The notes beneath the pieces were generated by a model. The model saw only the letters and a program-made list of their open reading frames with translations, did not search any database and had not been told where the DNA came from. Shown here one piece after another: positions 51,460 to 61,246 of a stretch of 64,000 bases of DNA. The number at the start of each line of letters is the position of its first letter. The first letter of the stretch is position 1. The translations under genes were made by a program, and so were the position numbers. This stretch comes from Candidatus Omnitrophota bacterium (GTDB lineage Bacteria; Omnitrophota; Gorgyraeia; Gygaellales; JAQTUX01), in NCBI GenBank assembly GCA_028707125.1, contig JAQTUX010000001.1, positions 1,194,438-1,258,437 of the forward strand, written 5' to 3'.

Positions 51460-52698
51460 CTACTTCTTATCCAGCCCGAAAGCAGAATGCAGCGCCTTTA
51501 CCGCCTTGCGGCCGTACCTGCCGTTTATTATACAGGAGATACTGATCTCCGATGTGGTTATCATTTCAATATTTATCTTATTCTCCGCCAGCGTCTCAAA
51601 CATCTTTGCCGCCACACCGCGATGGCTCTTCATGCCCACGCCTACTATGGACACCCTGGCGATCCGCGCGTCCTTCATCACGTCTCCGGCCCCTATCGAA
51701 CCGGCGACCTTCTTCGTCAGCCGTATGCCCTTGTTCAGATCCACCTTCGGCACGGTAAAGGATATATCGGTCTGCCTGGTATGGCTTACGTTCTGGACTA
51801 TCGTATCTATGTTGACGCCGCCGTTGGACAGCTCCTTGAATATCTGCGCGGCGACCCCCGGCCTGTCAGGCACGTTACAAATAGTGATCTTCGCCTCGCC
51901 CTTGTTTAATGTTATGCCGTTCACCACAACATCTTCCATTGACCTTACCTCCCTTAAAATAAATGTGCCTTTTTTTCTGTTGAATGACGACCTGACGTGT
52001 ATTATCACGTTGAACTTCTTCGCCACCTCAATAGAGCGCGCCTGCATGACCTGCGCCCCCAAAGAGGCCATCTCCAGCATCTCGTCATAAGTTATCCTTT
52101 TGATCTTCCTGGCCCTGCGCTCTATATTCGGGTCTGTCGTGAACACGCCTTCCACATCGGTGTAGATCTCGCAGATAGCGGCGCCCAGCACCTTAGCCAG
52201 CGCCACCGCCGTAAGGTCGGAGCCGCCCCTGCCTAACGTAGTTATATCCTGATAAGGGGTCACCCCCTGGAATCCGGCGACTATTACGATCTTGCCCTGC
52301 TTTAGATGTTTTCTGATCTTGTGCGTGGCGATATTCACTATGCGCGCCTTTGTGTGGGTCGTATCCGTTATTATGCCGACCTGCGAACCGGTAAACGATA
52401 TCGCCTCATAGCCCAATTTATGTATGGCCATTGCCAGAAGGGCTGAAGATATCTGCTCTCCCGTGGACAAAAGCATATCCATTTCCCTCTCTGAAGGGCC
52501 TTTATCTATTTCATGCGCCAACCCTATCAGCTCATCGGTCGTATCCCCAAGGGCGGAGACCACTACCACCACATCCATGCCCTTACTCTTATAATCGCAG
52601 GCCCTCTTTGCCACATTTTTTATCTTCTCAACCGTAGCAACGGAACTGCCCCCGAACTTCTGCACAATTATACGTTTCTTTCTAAGCATGCTGGACAC
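51460..52698 (-). CDS. lysC: Aspartate kinase with C-terminal ACT domains
   Basis: 412 aa; VQKFGGSSV N-terminus, two ACT repeats. Confidence 0.85.
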   Translation of the reverse strand: MSSMLRKKRIIVQKFGGSSVATVEKIKNVAKRACDYKSKGMDVVVVVSALGDTTDELIGLAHEIDKGPSEREMDMLLSTGEQISSALLAMAIHKLGYEAISFTGSQVGIITDTTHTKARIVNIATHKIRKHLKQGKIVIVAGFQGVTPYQDITTLGRGGSDLTAVALAKVLGAAICEIYTDVEGVFTTDPNIERRARKIKRITYDEMLEMASLGAQVMQARSIEVAKKFNVIIHVRSSFNRKKGTFILREVRSMEDVVVNGITLNKGEAKITICNVPDRPGVAAQIFKELSNGGVNIDTIVQNVSHTRQTDISFTVPKVDLNKGIRLTKKVAGSIGAGDVMKDARIARVSIVGVGMKSHRGVAAKMFETLAENKINIEMITTSEISISCIINGRYGRKAVKALHSAFGLDKK

Positions 52699-54280
52699 GC
52701 CTCCGTTTCTTGATTAAATCCAAAAAGTCCTTAACTACGAAACCCGAAAGGCACAATAACACGACCGATATGATAAAAAGCGGGATCTCACGGCCCTTCG
52801 CGTTATTTACCGCCTGCAGTATAATCGCGAACTGCGTGGTCAACAATACAAAGACGGAGGGTATAAAAGTGACCATGAAGCCTTTCTTTCTCGCTATCAG
52901 CCATCCGCTTATGACCAAAAGCGCGAGCGCCGCCACCAACTGGTTTGCCGCGCCGAACGCGGGCCAAAGCATCATCCATTTTCCGCTCAAGGCAAGAATG
53001 AAGCCGGCCGCCGCTATGACGGCGGTAGATAAGAATCTATTCTTTAATCCGAATAATTCCTCAAACAGATACCTGGCTATGCGCGTGGCAGTATCAAGGG
53101 TGGTAAGGATAAAGGCGTTCAATACAGCCAGGCCGAAAAAACTGCCGTATTTTCCCAATATGGGAGCGGTGACCACACCGAAACCCCTGCCGAAAATGCC
53201 TATGGGCCCTAATTGTTTAAGGGCGGAACCTGAATCGCCGCGCATACAGGAAGAGGCGACCACGATCACCGCCATTATGGCAAGTATGCCCTCTACGACC
53301 ATGCCGCCGTAACTTATCCTTTTTGCCAGCGATTCGTTCGGCAGCTGTTTTGACGTGGTGCCGCTTGATATCAGGGAATGAAAGCCTGATACCGCCCCGC
53401 AGGCAACCGTGACAAAAAGCGCGGGCCAGAGCATTCCGTAGCCGCTGGACCATGTATTGTAAAGCGGTATGTTCATATTGGGCCTGGTAATAAATATGCC
53501 GGCGTATCCGAAGATAAGGCCCGCGAGAAGAAGGAAACCGCTAAGATAATCCCGCGGCTGAAGCAGTATGTGTACAGGCAAAATAGAAGCGAAGAACACA
53601 TATATAAAAAGCGCTGTCAGCCATATGACGACAGCGTTGTTTTGTATGGTCACCGGGAAATTATAACCGGTATAGATCAAGACGCAAAGGGCGGCCAGGC
53701 CCAGGATAGTCGCCAAAACAAAGTTGGCCCTTAATCTATAGATCGCGAAACCCAGCGCCATAGCCAGCGGTATCAAACCCAAAGACGGTATAACGATACC
53801 GGGCTCGTCTATAAATGTCTTAGCGCTCAAATAGGCAAATACCGACACGACCAGTATCAATGCCAGCAGCACAAACCAGGAGAACATGATCCTGGCGCGC
53901 GGCGATATCGCCTTGCTGGCAACATCCGCTATAGAGCTGCCCCCTTCCCTGACCGAAACCAGGAGCGACCCGAAATCATGTATACCGCCGACAAAAACCG
54001 TCCCCACTATGATCCAGATGGCAGCGGGCAGCCATCCCCATACAAGCGTGGCAATAACCGGGCCGACTATCGGGCCGGCGCCGGCAATGGAAGAAAAGTG
54101 ATGGCCGAACAAGACAAACCAGTTCTTCGCGGGGACATAATCTATGCCGTCGTATTTGGCAACCGATGGAGGCGCGTGTTTATGGTCCACGCCGATCCTG
54201 TCCTCAAAACGCTTCGCGTAGAACCTGTAGCCCCACGAGAAAACCGCCAGCGCGACTACGACCAGGGCGACCGAATCCAT
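52682..54280 (-). CDS. cstA: Carbon starvation protein CstA family transporter
   Basis: 532 aa, polytopic; FGHHFSSIAGAGPIVGPV signature of CstA. Confidence 0.8.
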   Translation of the reverse strand: MDSVALVVVALAVFSWGYRFYAKRFEDRIGVDHKHAPPSVAKYDGIDYVPAKNWFVLFGHHFSSIAGAGPIVGPVIATLVWGWLPAAIWIIVGTVFVGGIHDFGSLLVSVREGGSSIADVASKAISPRARIMFSWFVLLALILVVSVFAYLSAKTFIDEPGIVIPSLGLIPLAMALGFAIYRLRANFVLATILGLAALCVLIYTGYNFPVTIQNNAVVIWLTALFIYVFFASILPVHILLQPRDYLSGFLLLAGLIFGYAGIFITRPNMNIPLYNTWSSGYGMLWPALFVTVACGAVSGFHSLISSGTTSKQLPNESLAKRISYGGMVVEGILAIMAVIVVASSCMRGDSGSALKQLGPIGIFGRGFGVVTAPILGKYGSFFGLAVLNAFILTTLDTATRIARYLFEELFGLKNRFLSTAVIAAAGFILALSGKWMMLWPAFGAANQLVAALALLVISGWLIARKKGFMVTFIPSVFVLLTTQFAIILQAVNNAKGREIPLFIISVVLLCLSGFVVKDFLDLIKKRRRVQHA

Positions 54281-54285
54281 TGACG

Positions 54286-55485
54286 CTAAACCCCCTTCAA
54301 AAAAAACGGCAGTAATTCGTGACCGTTCTCAAAAATAAGAGCGCTGTTCTCTGCCGACTTCTCGGAAAACCCCAGGGCGCCTTCGCCTATGATATCCTTG
54401 CCGAAGATAACGAAACATACAGGGTCATTCGTGTGCGTCCTGAGGGAGATCGGAGTGGCATGGTCGGGTAAAACAAGTATGCGCATATCCTTCTGCTTTT
54501 CAAACATTTCAAGAAGGGCGCCCACTATGGACTTGTCAAACCTCTCAATGGCAAGCATCTTCTCCCTCAAGTCCGCGTTATGGCCCGCCTCATCGGGGGC
54601 CTCAACGTGCAAAAATACAAGGTCGCTCTTTTGCAAAGAAGAACAGGCCGCCCTCGCTTTACCTTCGTAATTCGTGTCATAATAGCCGGTCGCGCCCTCA
54701 ACATTTATAACGGACAACCCCAGTATCCTCCCCAGCCCCTTTATAAGGTCTACCGCCGATATTATGGAGCCGCTTATGCCAAACCTCTCCTTGAACGAAG
54801 GCATGGCGGGCTTCTTGCCCTGTCCCCAAAGCCAGATCATATTGGCGGGGTTCTCTTTCAGGTCTATCCTTACGCTGTTTATCTCGTGTTCTGAAAGGAC
54901 GCGGCGCGAGTCGTTCATCAACTTTATCAAAAAATCGGCGCCGCTGCCTTTAGGGAAATTCCTGGATATCTTCTTGCCCATTATATCGTGCGGGGCAACT
55001 GCCGAAACCTCAGACATGCCCTCGGCAGCGCTGCCGCTTACCACCATAAGATGCCTGTAGCTGACGCCGGGATAAAATCGCACCTCCGAGGAACCGAGCG
55101 CCTTATCTATGGCCTTTATCAATATAGCCGCTTCCTTGGAACCTATGTGCCCGGCGCTGTAATCAACGAGCGCGTCGTCTCCGGCAGTAATAAGATTGCA
55201 CCTGAAGGCGACCTCTCCTTCTTTAAGCTTCACTCCGAGGTTAGCTGCTTCAAGCGGCCCCCTGCCCGTATAATACACCTTGGGGTCATAACCGAGTATG
55301 GAGATATTGGCTACATCTGAAGCCGGAGACATATCTTTGGGGATAGTGCTGACGCGGCCTATCCTGCCGTGTTTGGCGAGAAAATCCATATTGGGCGTCC
55401 TGGCGACTTCCAGAGGCGTCCTGTTATCCAGCTCCTTAAGAGGATAATCCGCCATACCATCCGCGACCAATACCGCGTATTTCAT
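54286..55485 (-). CDS. Cofactor-independent phosphoglycerate mutase (ApgM) family protein; by context the 'proposed homoserine kinase' subfamily
   Basis: 399 aa; [15 protein letters not shown] metalloenzyme N-terminus typical of ApgM-type mutases. Embedded between lysC and thrC-hom; no canonical thrB is in the window. Confidence 0.7.
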   Translation of the reverse strand: MKYAVLVADGMADYPLKELDNRTPLEVARTPNMDFLAKHGRIGRVSTIPKDMSPASDVANISILGYDPKVYYTGRGPLEAANLGVKLKEGEVAFRCNLITAGDDALVDYSAGHIGSKEAAILIKAIDKALGSSEVRFYPGVSYRHLMVVSGSAAEGMSEVSAVAPHDIMGKKISRNFPKGSGADFLIKLMNDSRRVLSEHEINSVRIDLKENPANMIWLWGQGKKPAMPSFKERFGISGSIISAVDLIKGLGRILGLSVINVEGATGYYDTNYEGKARAACSSLQKSDLVFLHVEAPDEAGHNADLREKMLAIERFDKSIVGALLEMFEKQKDMRILVLPDHATPISLRTHTNDPVCFVIFGKDIIGEGALGFSEKSAENSALIFENGHELLPFFLKGV

Positions 55486-56111
55486 TCGCGCACCTGCTCT
55501 ATCGCTCTAAATAAGATCTTCGCCACTCCCTCTCTCCTATTGACTGTATATATCTTCTCGCCGCTTATAATAAACGCGGTGTACCTGAGCCCCCGGAACA
55601 TATTTGCCACAACCATATCCGCGGAACATCTTTCCATCGCCGCCCTTGCCCGCTTTACAAGTTCCCGGCTGCTGACTCCCGCCTCGAGTTTGAATATCAC
55701 CAAAAGCGCGCCTTTCGCCTTCTTCCTTATAATATCCGACAGTTTTTCCGCCGGTTCCAATTTAAGCGCCATCCTCCTGCCGGAAGGTATCTTACCCTTT
55801 ATGGCGCCGGCGACCTTAAAATCAGAAACAGCGGCAAGATGTATTATTATATCAAATCTTTTGACGCTTAATTGCCTGTTAAGTATTTTCTTTAATTCGT
55901 CAAAAAAACGGAAACGCAGCAGCTTTATGCCGTTCCTGGTCTTGATATCGCCTACAGGGCCAAGCATTAAGGTAACTGAAGCGCCTCTCCTGTCTGCCTC
56001 TTCGGCCAATGATATTCCGGTACGGCCGCTGGAAACATTACTGATGACGCGTATGCTGTCAATCGGCACCCATGTGGGGCCCGCTGTAATCAATATCCTC
56101 TTATTTTTCAA
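55482..56111 (-). CDS. coaB: Phosphopantothenate-cysteine ligase (stand-alone CoaB domain)
   Basis: 209 aa; [24 protein letters not shown] matches the CoaB half of Dfp. No CoaC flavoprotein half is fused; 4-nt overlaps with both neighbours. Confidence 0.75.
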   Translation of the reverse strand: MKNKRILITAGPTWVPIDSIRVISNVSSGRTGISLAEEADRRGASVTLMLGPVGDIKTRNGIKLLRFRFFDELKKILNRQLSVKRFDIIIHLAAVSDFKVAGAIKGKIPSGRRMALKLEPAEKLSDIIRKKAKGALLVIFKLEAGVSSRELVKRARAAMERCSADMVVANMFRGLRYTAFIISGEKIYTVNRREGVAKILFRAIEQVRE

Positions 56112-57178
56112 ATCTCTTTTAACACCGCTGATACTGTCGCCTTCACGACCTTCGGTTTCTTTATTGTCTTGATCGCCCGGTCAGGGTCCTTTAAGCCGTG
56201 CCCGGTAAGGATGCAGACGAGCCTGGTCTTCCCGCCTTTATTACGCCTGTCCGCCTTAAAGTAGCCCTTATCAATAAGCTTGATCAGGCCCGCGATCGAC
56301 GCGGCTGATGCCGGCTCCGCGAAAACGCCTTCCGAAGAAGCCAGCATCTTATAAGCGGAGATGATCTCGTCATCAGACACCATATCTATCAATCCGCCTG
56401 ATTCATCCCTGGCATTGACCGCGCCCTGCCAGCTGGCGGGATTGCCTATGCGGATAGCGGTGGCAATGGTCTCGGGTTTATCGATCTTTTTATTCCTGAC
56501 TATCGGAGCCGCGCCCTCCGCCTGAAAACCCAGCATCTTCGGCAAAGAGCTGATAACTCCCTTTTCCTTATATTCTTTATAGCCCTTCCAATACGCCGTA
56601 ATATTGCCGGCGTTGCCGACAGGCATAACCTGATAATCAGGCGCCCCCTGCAGGCTGTCGCAGATCTCAAAGGCGGCGGTCTTCTGCCCTTCTATTCTAT
56701 AAGGATTAAGCGAGTTTACCAGAGTAAAGCTCCGGCTGGAACTTATTTCCCTGACGATGTTCAATGCGTCGTCAAAATTGCCGCTGACCGCGATCACCCT
56801 GGCATTATGGATCAACGCCTGCGCGAGTTTGCCCAAAGCAATAGCGCCTTTCGGCAGGACCACAACGCACCGCATATTGGCCCTGGCAGCGTATGCCGCG
56901 GCAGAGGCAGAGGTGTTGCCGGTTGAGGCGCAGATGACCGCTTTAGCCGACGCCTCTTTTGCCTTTGACACGGCGACGGTCATGCCCCTGTCCTTAAATG
57001 AGCCGGTGGGATTAAGGCCTTCAAATTTAAGATACACCTCAAAGCCATCGCCGGCCATGTTGCTCAAAACAGGCGAGAAGATCAAGGGCGTATTGCCTTC
57101 GTTCAGAGTCACGCAGGGGGTTGAATCATTTACTGGAAGATACTTCCTATACCTGTCTATCACGCCTTTGTAGATCAT
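56108..57178 (-). CDS. thrC: Threonine synthase
   Basis: 356 aa; PLP-lysine motif [14 protein letters not shown]. Confidence 0.9.
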   Translation of the reverse strand: MIYKGVIDRYRKYLPVNDSTPCVTLNEGNTPLIFSPVLSNMAGDGFEVYLKFEGLNPTGSFKDRGMTVAVSKAKEASAKAVICASTGNTSASAAAYAARANMRCVVVLPKGAIALGKLAQALIHNARVIAVSGNFDDALNIVREISSSRSFTLVNSLNPYRIEGQKTAAFEICDSLQGAPDYQVMPVGNAGNITAYWKGYKEYKEKGVISSLPKMLGFQAEGAAPIVRNKKIDKPETIATAIRIGNPASWQGAVNARDESGGLIDMVSDDEIISAYKMLASSEGVFAEPASAASIAGLIKLIDKGYFKADRRNKGGKTRLVCILTGHGLKDPDRAIKTIKKPKVVKATVSAVLKEI

Positions 57179-58470
57179 AACTCTTCTATCCTTATCGCCA
57201 CAAGGCCGCCTCTTGCCTGAGGCAGTTTGTTTATCTTCTCGGAAGCCATCCTCATATCCTTCTCTCTGGCCTCATGAGTGATCATCACAATAGGCACAAA
57301 TTCAGCGCGCCTTCTTTCCTTCTGGCTGACCGAGGCGATGCTTATATTGTGCCTGCCTAAAACTCCTGATATGGTAGCCAGCACCCCCGGCTTATCCAGG
57401 ACCATTACGCGGATATAATAGCGGGATTCTATCTCATCTATCTTTTTGATGGAAACGATCCCCCTGTCGGGGATCACATTAATACTGGAGCGGAACATCC
57501 CCGCCTTTATATCCTTGCTCAGATCCACCAGGTCGCTTACCACCGCGGACGCCGCCGAAAGCTGCCCGGCGCCCGGGCCATGAAAAAGCAGATTGCCCAC
57601 GAGATCGCAGGACAGGTATATGGCATTATCCACGCCGCTTATTGAAGCAAGCGGATGCTCCCTGGGGATAAGAGTAGGATGCACCCTCACCTCAAGCTGG
57701 CTGCCCTGTTTTTTCGCGATCGCCAGCAGCTTGATCTCAAGGTCCATATCTTTGGCGTATTCTATATCGGCGCTGGAGATCTTTGAGATACCTTCAATGA
57801 ATACCTCTCCCAAAGAGATAAACCTGCCGAACGCCAGATACGCCAGAAGCACAAGCTTGTGCGCCGAATCAACGCCGTTTATGTCCAGGGACGGGTCCTT
57901 TTCCGCGTACCCTTTTTTCTTCGCCTCTTTTAACGCCTCGGCAAAGCTTATGCGCTCCTGGCTCATACGGGAAAGTATGTAATTTGATGTGCCGTTGACT
58001 ATGCCGTAAACGCTGTTAAACCTGTTCGCCACCAATCCTTCTCTGATGGACTTGATCACAGGCACGCCGGCGCACACCGACGCTTCAAAATAGATGCTCT
58101 TATCCTTTGCCTTTGCCAGAGCGAATAATTCCGCGCCGCAGTCGGATAATAACGCCTTATTCGCGGTAACTACGTATTTACCGCTCTTAAGGGAATCCCT
58201 GATAAGGTCTTTCGCGGGGTTAATGCCGCCGATAAGCTCAACGACTATATCTATCTGAGGGTCGGAAATGATGTCTTCGGCCCTGCGGGTAATCATTTCC
58301 CGGGGCAGATTCAAAGAGTTGAACGCGCCTGCCTCTTTATCGCAGGCCCTCTTCAGGAATATCTCTACCCCGAGCTTCTCCCTGAGCATCGCCTTCCTCT
58401 CTTTAAGGATCCTTATGACCCCTTTACCCACGGTGCCGGCTCCTATGAGCCCTACATTTATACGCTTCAT
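57175..58470 (-). CDS. hom: Homoserine dehydrogenase with C-terminal ACT domain
   Basis: 431 aa; [18 protein letters not shown], catalytic region, ACT domain. Confidence 0.9.
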   Translation of the reverse strand: MKRINVGLIGAGTVGKGVIRILKERKAMLREKLGVEIFLKRACDKEAGAFNSLNLPREMITRRAEDIISDPQIDIVVELIGGINPAKDLIRDSLKSGKYVVTANKALLSDCGAELFALAKAKDKSIYFEASVCAGVPVIKSIREGLVANRFNSVYGIVNGTSNYILSRMSQERISFAEALKEAKKKGYAEKDPSLDINGVDSAHKLVLLAYLAFGRFISLGEVFIEGISKISSADIEYAKDMDLEIKLLAIAKKQGSQLEVRVHPTLIPREHPLASISGVDNAIYLSCDLVGNLLFHGPGAGQLSAASAVVSDLVDLSKDIKAGMFRSSINVIPDRGIVSIKKIDEIESRYYIRVMVLDKPGVLATISGVLGRHNISIASVSQKERRRAEFVPIVMITHEAREKDMRMASEKINKLPQARGGLVAIRIEEL

Positions 58471-58481
58471 GTGTTATCCCC

Positions 58482-58841
58482 CTATGTGTTTTCCCTCTTC
58501 AAATAATGATCCACGGTCTGCGTAAGCGTCTTCAGGTGCCTGTCGTCTATCTGCAGGAACTGCAGCCGCGTATCATATATCAAATCTTTTATTAATTCTC
58601 TGGACTCCAGGACCTTTGCCGTTATGCTTATAGAGTCGGGATCAAAGGGAAGCCGGATCTGCAAGGCAAGAAATGTGCCGGTATCGAACGGCCTGTTGGT
58701 AGTAAGCAGCATCCCGCCTAAACTTAAATTTTTGGTCTGTGACGTATCCACGTTATCAATATCTTCAAGGATACGGTAAGAAACTATGAACCTCGCCGCC
58801 ACACGGGGCTGGCGCCTTCTTTCCTGTCCGCCGTAAGACAT
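58482..58841 (-). CDS. PilZ-domain (c-di-GMP-binding) single-domain protein
   Basis: 119 aa; RRRQPR (RxxxR) followed by NLSLGGMLL (D/NxSxxG). Confidence 0.65.
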   Translation of the reverse strand: MSYGGQERRRQPRVAARFIVSYRILEDIDNVDTSQTKNLSLGGMLLTTNRPFDTGTFLALQIRLPFDPDSISITAKVLESRELIKDLIYDTRLQFLQIDDRHLKTLTQTVDHYLKRENT

Positions 58842-58880
58842 ATCCGCACCTCCAGATATTCTTATGTTTACGAGTTAAAG

Positions 58881-58955
58881 TCGGGAAGGGCGGATTCGAA
58901 CCGCCGACCCCCTGAACCCCATTCAGGTGCTCTAGCCAAACTGAGCCACTTCCCG
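58881..58955 (-). tRNA. trnP: tRNA-Pro (anticodon GGG)
   Basis: Hand-folded: CGGGAAG acceptor, anticodon loop AUGGGGU (G37 typical for Pro), T-arm GGTTCGAATCC. Confidence 0.8.
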
Positions 58956-59023
58956 TTCTTCTCTATATTTATCTTCGGAAGAACGGTACCGCCCTGTAAT
59001 ACCAATCGGCGGTACCTAGAAAC

Positions 59024-60013
59024 TTATTCTCCTTTCTTAGACCGCGTCATAAGCTCATACACGGCCTGCCTGGGGCTCTTATTCCTGTAAATAACTTTAT
59101 AGATCTCCGCGGCTATCGGCATTTCCACCGCGTATTTTTTTGATAATTGAAAAACCGACTTGGCAGTAGGGACCCCTTCGGCGACCATCTTCAATCTGTT
59201 TATGATCTCGGGCAATTTTCTGCCTTTGCCTATCTGCTCGCCCACTGAACGGTTCCTGCTAAACGGGCTTATGCAGGTAGTGACAAGGTCGCCCAGCCCG
59301 CTTATGCCGCTGAAGGTCTTCTCTTTCGCCCCCATAGCCGCGCCCAGGCGCTTCATTTCAACCAGGCCGCGGGATACGATCGCGGCCTTGGTGTTGGTGC
59401 CGAATCCCAGGCCGTCGGATATACCGCAGGCAATGGCTATGATGTTCTTAACGCTGCCGCCCAGCTCAACGCCTGCCAGGTCGTTATTGGTATAGACGCG
59501 GAACTTCTCCGTGCTGAATACATCCTGCAGAAAGGTATTCATCTTCCTGTCCGCGGAAGCCACAACCACGGTCGTAGGCATACCCTCCGCGACTTCGCGC
59601 GCGATCGTCGGCCCGGACAGCGCGGCGATCCTGATATTGCCCAGGACGTCCCTCGCCACCTCTGTCATCCTCATCAAGGTGCGGTTCTCTATGCCTTTTG
59701 TCACGCTTACGAATACGGCGCCGCGGCCGCAGCAGCCCTTCAGCTTCTTAAGCACGCCTCTTAAATACTGGGAAGGAACGGCAAGGATGATTATATCCTT
59801 ACCCGCTGCCGCGTCCTTGATATCGGAGGTTATCAATATATCCGCTGGGATGCTTATGCCGGGAAGGAACTTCCAATTCACCCTCTCGGAATCAAGGACA
59901 GACACATAATCCCTGAACGCGCCCCACAAACTCACCTTATGGCCCTTCTTAGACAAAAGGACCGCCAGTGTAGTGCCCCAGCCGCCGTCTCCTAACACCG
60001 CGATGTTCAGCAT
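59024..60013 (-). CDS. gpsA: NAD(P)H-dependent glycerol-3-phosphate dehydrogenase
   Basis: 329 aa; IAVLGDGGWGTTLA N-terminus, GpsA family. Confidence 0.9.
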   Translation of the reverse strand: MLNIAVLGDGGWGTTLAVLLSKKGHKVSLWGAFRDYVSVLDSERVNWKFLPGISIPADILITSDIKDAAAGKDIIILAVPSQYLRGVLKKLKGCCGRGAVFVSVTKGIENRTLMRMTEVARDVLGNIRIAALSGPTIAREVAEGMPTTVVVASADRKMNTFLQDVFSTEKFRVYTNNDLAGVELGGSVKNIIAIACGISDGLGFGTNTKAAIVSRGLVEMKRLGAAMGAKEKTFSGISGLGDLVTTCISPFSRNRSVGEQIGKGRKLPEIINRLKMVAEGVPTAKSVFQLSKKYAVEMPIAAEIYKVIYRNKSPRQAVYELMTRSKKGE

Positions 60014-60378
60014 ATATAGTTCCTGCTCAGGTCCTTTTCTTCCCTGGTAATGAATTTTATACCGACTTCAAAATCGCCTTTCTTCCTGGGGAGCACGCGC
60101 ACGACCTTTCCTATCACGCCCTTTTGATAAATAAAACACCTTCTCTCCAGGTCGGAACAGAAATGCAGCGTGCCCCTGTCAAAATTCAGCCATAATATGC
60201 TGTTGATCTTTACCTCGCTGTTTACGACGCAAAGCAGCCCTGTCTGGCTTACGTTGGAGGTGTACCCTTCAAGCAGTTTAGAGATCGTTTCCTTGCGGCA
60301 TATCTTATATTGCAGCGGCGCGCTGAAATCAATGCGCTCAAACTCTCTCCTGTCTTCGCCCTTATAGTTTAACTTCAT
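60007..60378 (-). CDS. PilZ-domain single-domain protein (second copy)
   Basis: 123 aa; DRREFERI (RxxxR) and NVSQTGLL (NxSxxG). Confidence 0.55.
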   Translation of the reverse strand: MKLNYKGEDRREFERIDFSAPLQYKICRKETISKLLEGYTSNVSQTGLLCVVNSEVKINSILWLNFDRGTLHFCSDLERRCFIYQKGVIGKVVRVLPRKKGDFEVGIKFITREEKDLSRNYIC

Positions 60379-61108
60379 TTTTCTTTGTCCTCATCTTGGC
60401 AAGTTCCCAGCTGTATTCGTAGAGGTGAAGCCCTTTGCTCGCGGCGATGATCTCGCCGTCCTCAACCCCTATCTCTTCGGCCATATACTGCTTCACAAGC
60501 TGCAGCCCGCCCAGGTTTGAAGGAAACCCGCCCCAGAGGTCCCAGGAGCGGAAGTATAAAATGAAATGCAGCTTTCCGTAGCGTACGCGCGTATCTATGA
60601 TCCTCAGGCAGGGCGGGTCAACAAGCTTTATGTCGGAAGGCATGCCTATCTCCATAGTCGCCTGATTCGTGCCGTGCCCGTCCCTTTTATACATATTGAT
60701 CACTTCCTCTATCTGATTTACCCCCAGAGGCATCTCCTTAAACATCTCTTTGCCGTCCGTGTCGTGCCTTATTTTGACCTTGGGGTCCACCAGCCGCTCG
60801 CCGTAAGTATAGTCCTCCGTATTGGTCTTCTCTCCGGTAAGCAAATAGGAAAGATACCCCTGCACGTAATCCATATCCGTCGGCGCGGGTATGCTCATGC
60901 CTTCAGGGATGACCGGTATGATCTGGTGGGACGGCTTCCTGACGCGCACGGTCGCGAAATCAAACTCAAGCCGCCTCTGGTCCTTGTAACTGCCGCGCGT
61001 GATCGTATATACATGCCCTTTTTCCAGTATGGCCGACAGGCACTGGAACCAGGCATCGTCCAGGTCAAACGCCTCAATATGTACCGGTTTTAAGAATTGT
61101 TCTTCCAT
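60362..61108 (-). CDS. Divergent thymidylate synthase (ThyA) family protein, short archaeal-like form
   Basis: 248 aa. Aligns to the ThyA catalytic core: DPPCLRII (PCH-like nucleophile Cys, with His replaced by Leu), LYFRSWDLWGGFPSNL (YQRSxD...G.PFN) and KGLHLYEY (DxHLY). Confidence 0.6.
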   Translation of the reverse strand: MEEQFLKPVHIEAFDLDDAWFQCLSAILEKGHVYTITRGSYKDQRRLEFDFATVRVRKPSHQIIPVIPEGMSIPAPTDMDYVQGYLSYLLTGEKTNTEDYTYGERLVDPKVKIRHDTDGKEMFKEMPLGVNQIEEVINMYKRDGHGTNQATMEIGMPSDIKLVDPPCLRIIDTRVRYGKLHFILYFRSWDLWGGFPSNLGGLQLVKQYMAEEIGVEDGEIIAASKGLHLYEYSWELAKMRTKKNEVKL

Positions 61109-61139
61109 ATGCCATACCCTTTCTAAAATAAAATACGTC

Positions 61140-61213
61140 TGGAGCGGGTGAACGGAATCGAACCGTCATATATAGCTTGGAAGGCTATTGTTCTACCATT
61201 GAACTACACCCGC
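61140..61213 (-). tRNA. trnG: tRNA-Gly (anticodon UCC), 3' CCA encoded
   Basis: Hand-folded: GCGGGTG acceptor, anticodon loop CUUCCAA, discriminator U followed by genomic CCA. Confidence 0.8.
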
Positions 61214-61246
61214 GTAGATTAACGCAAGTTATTATTTTACCATAGA

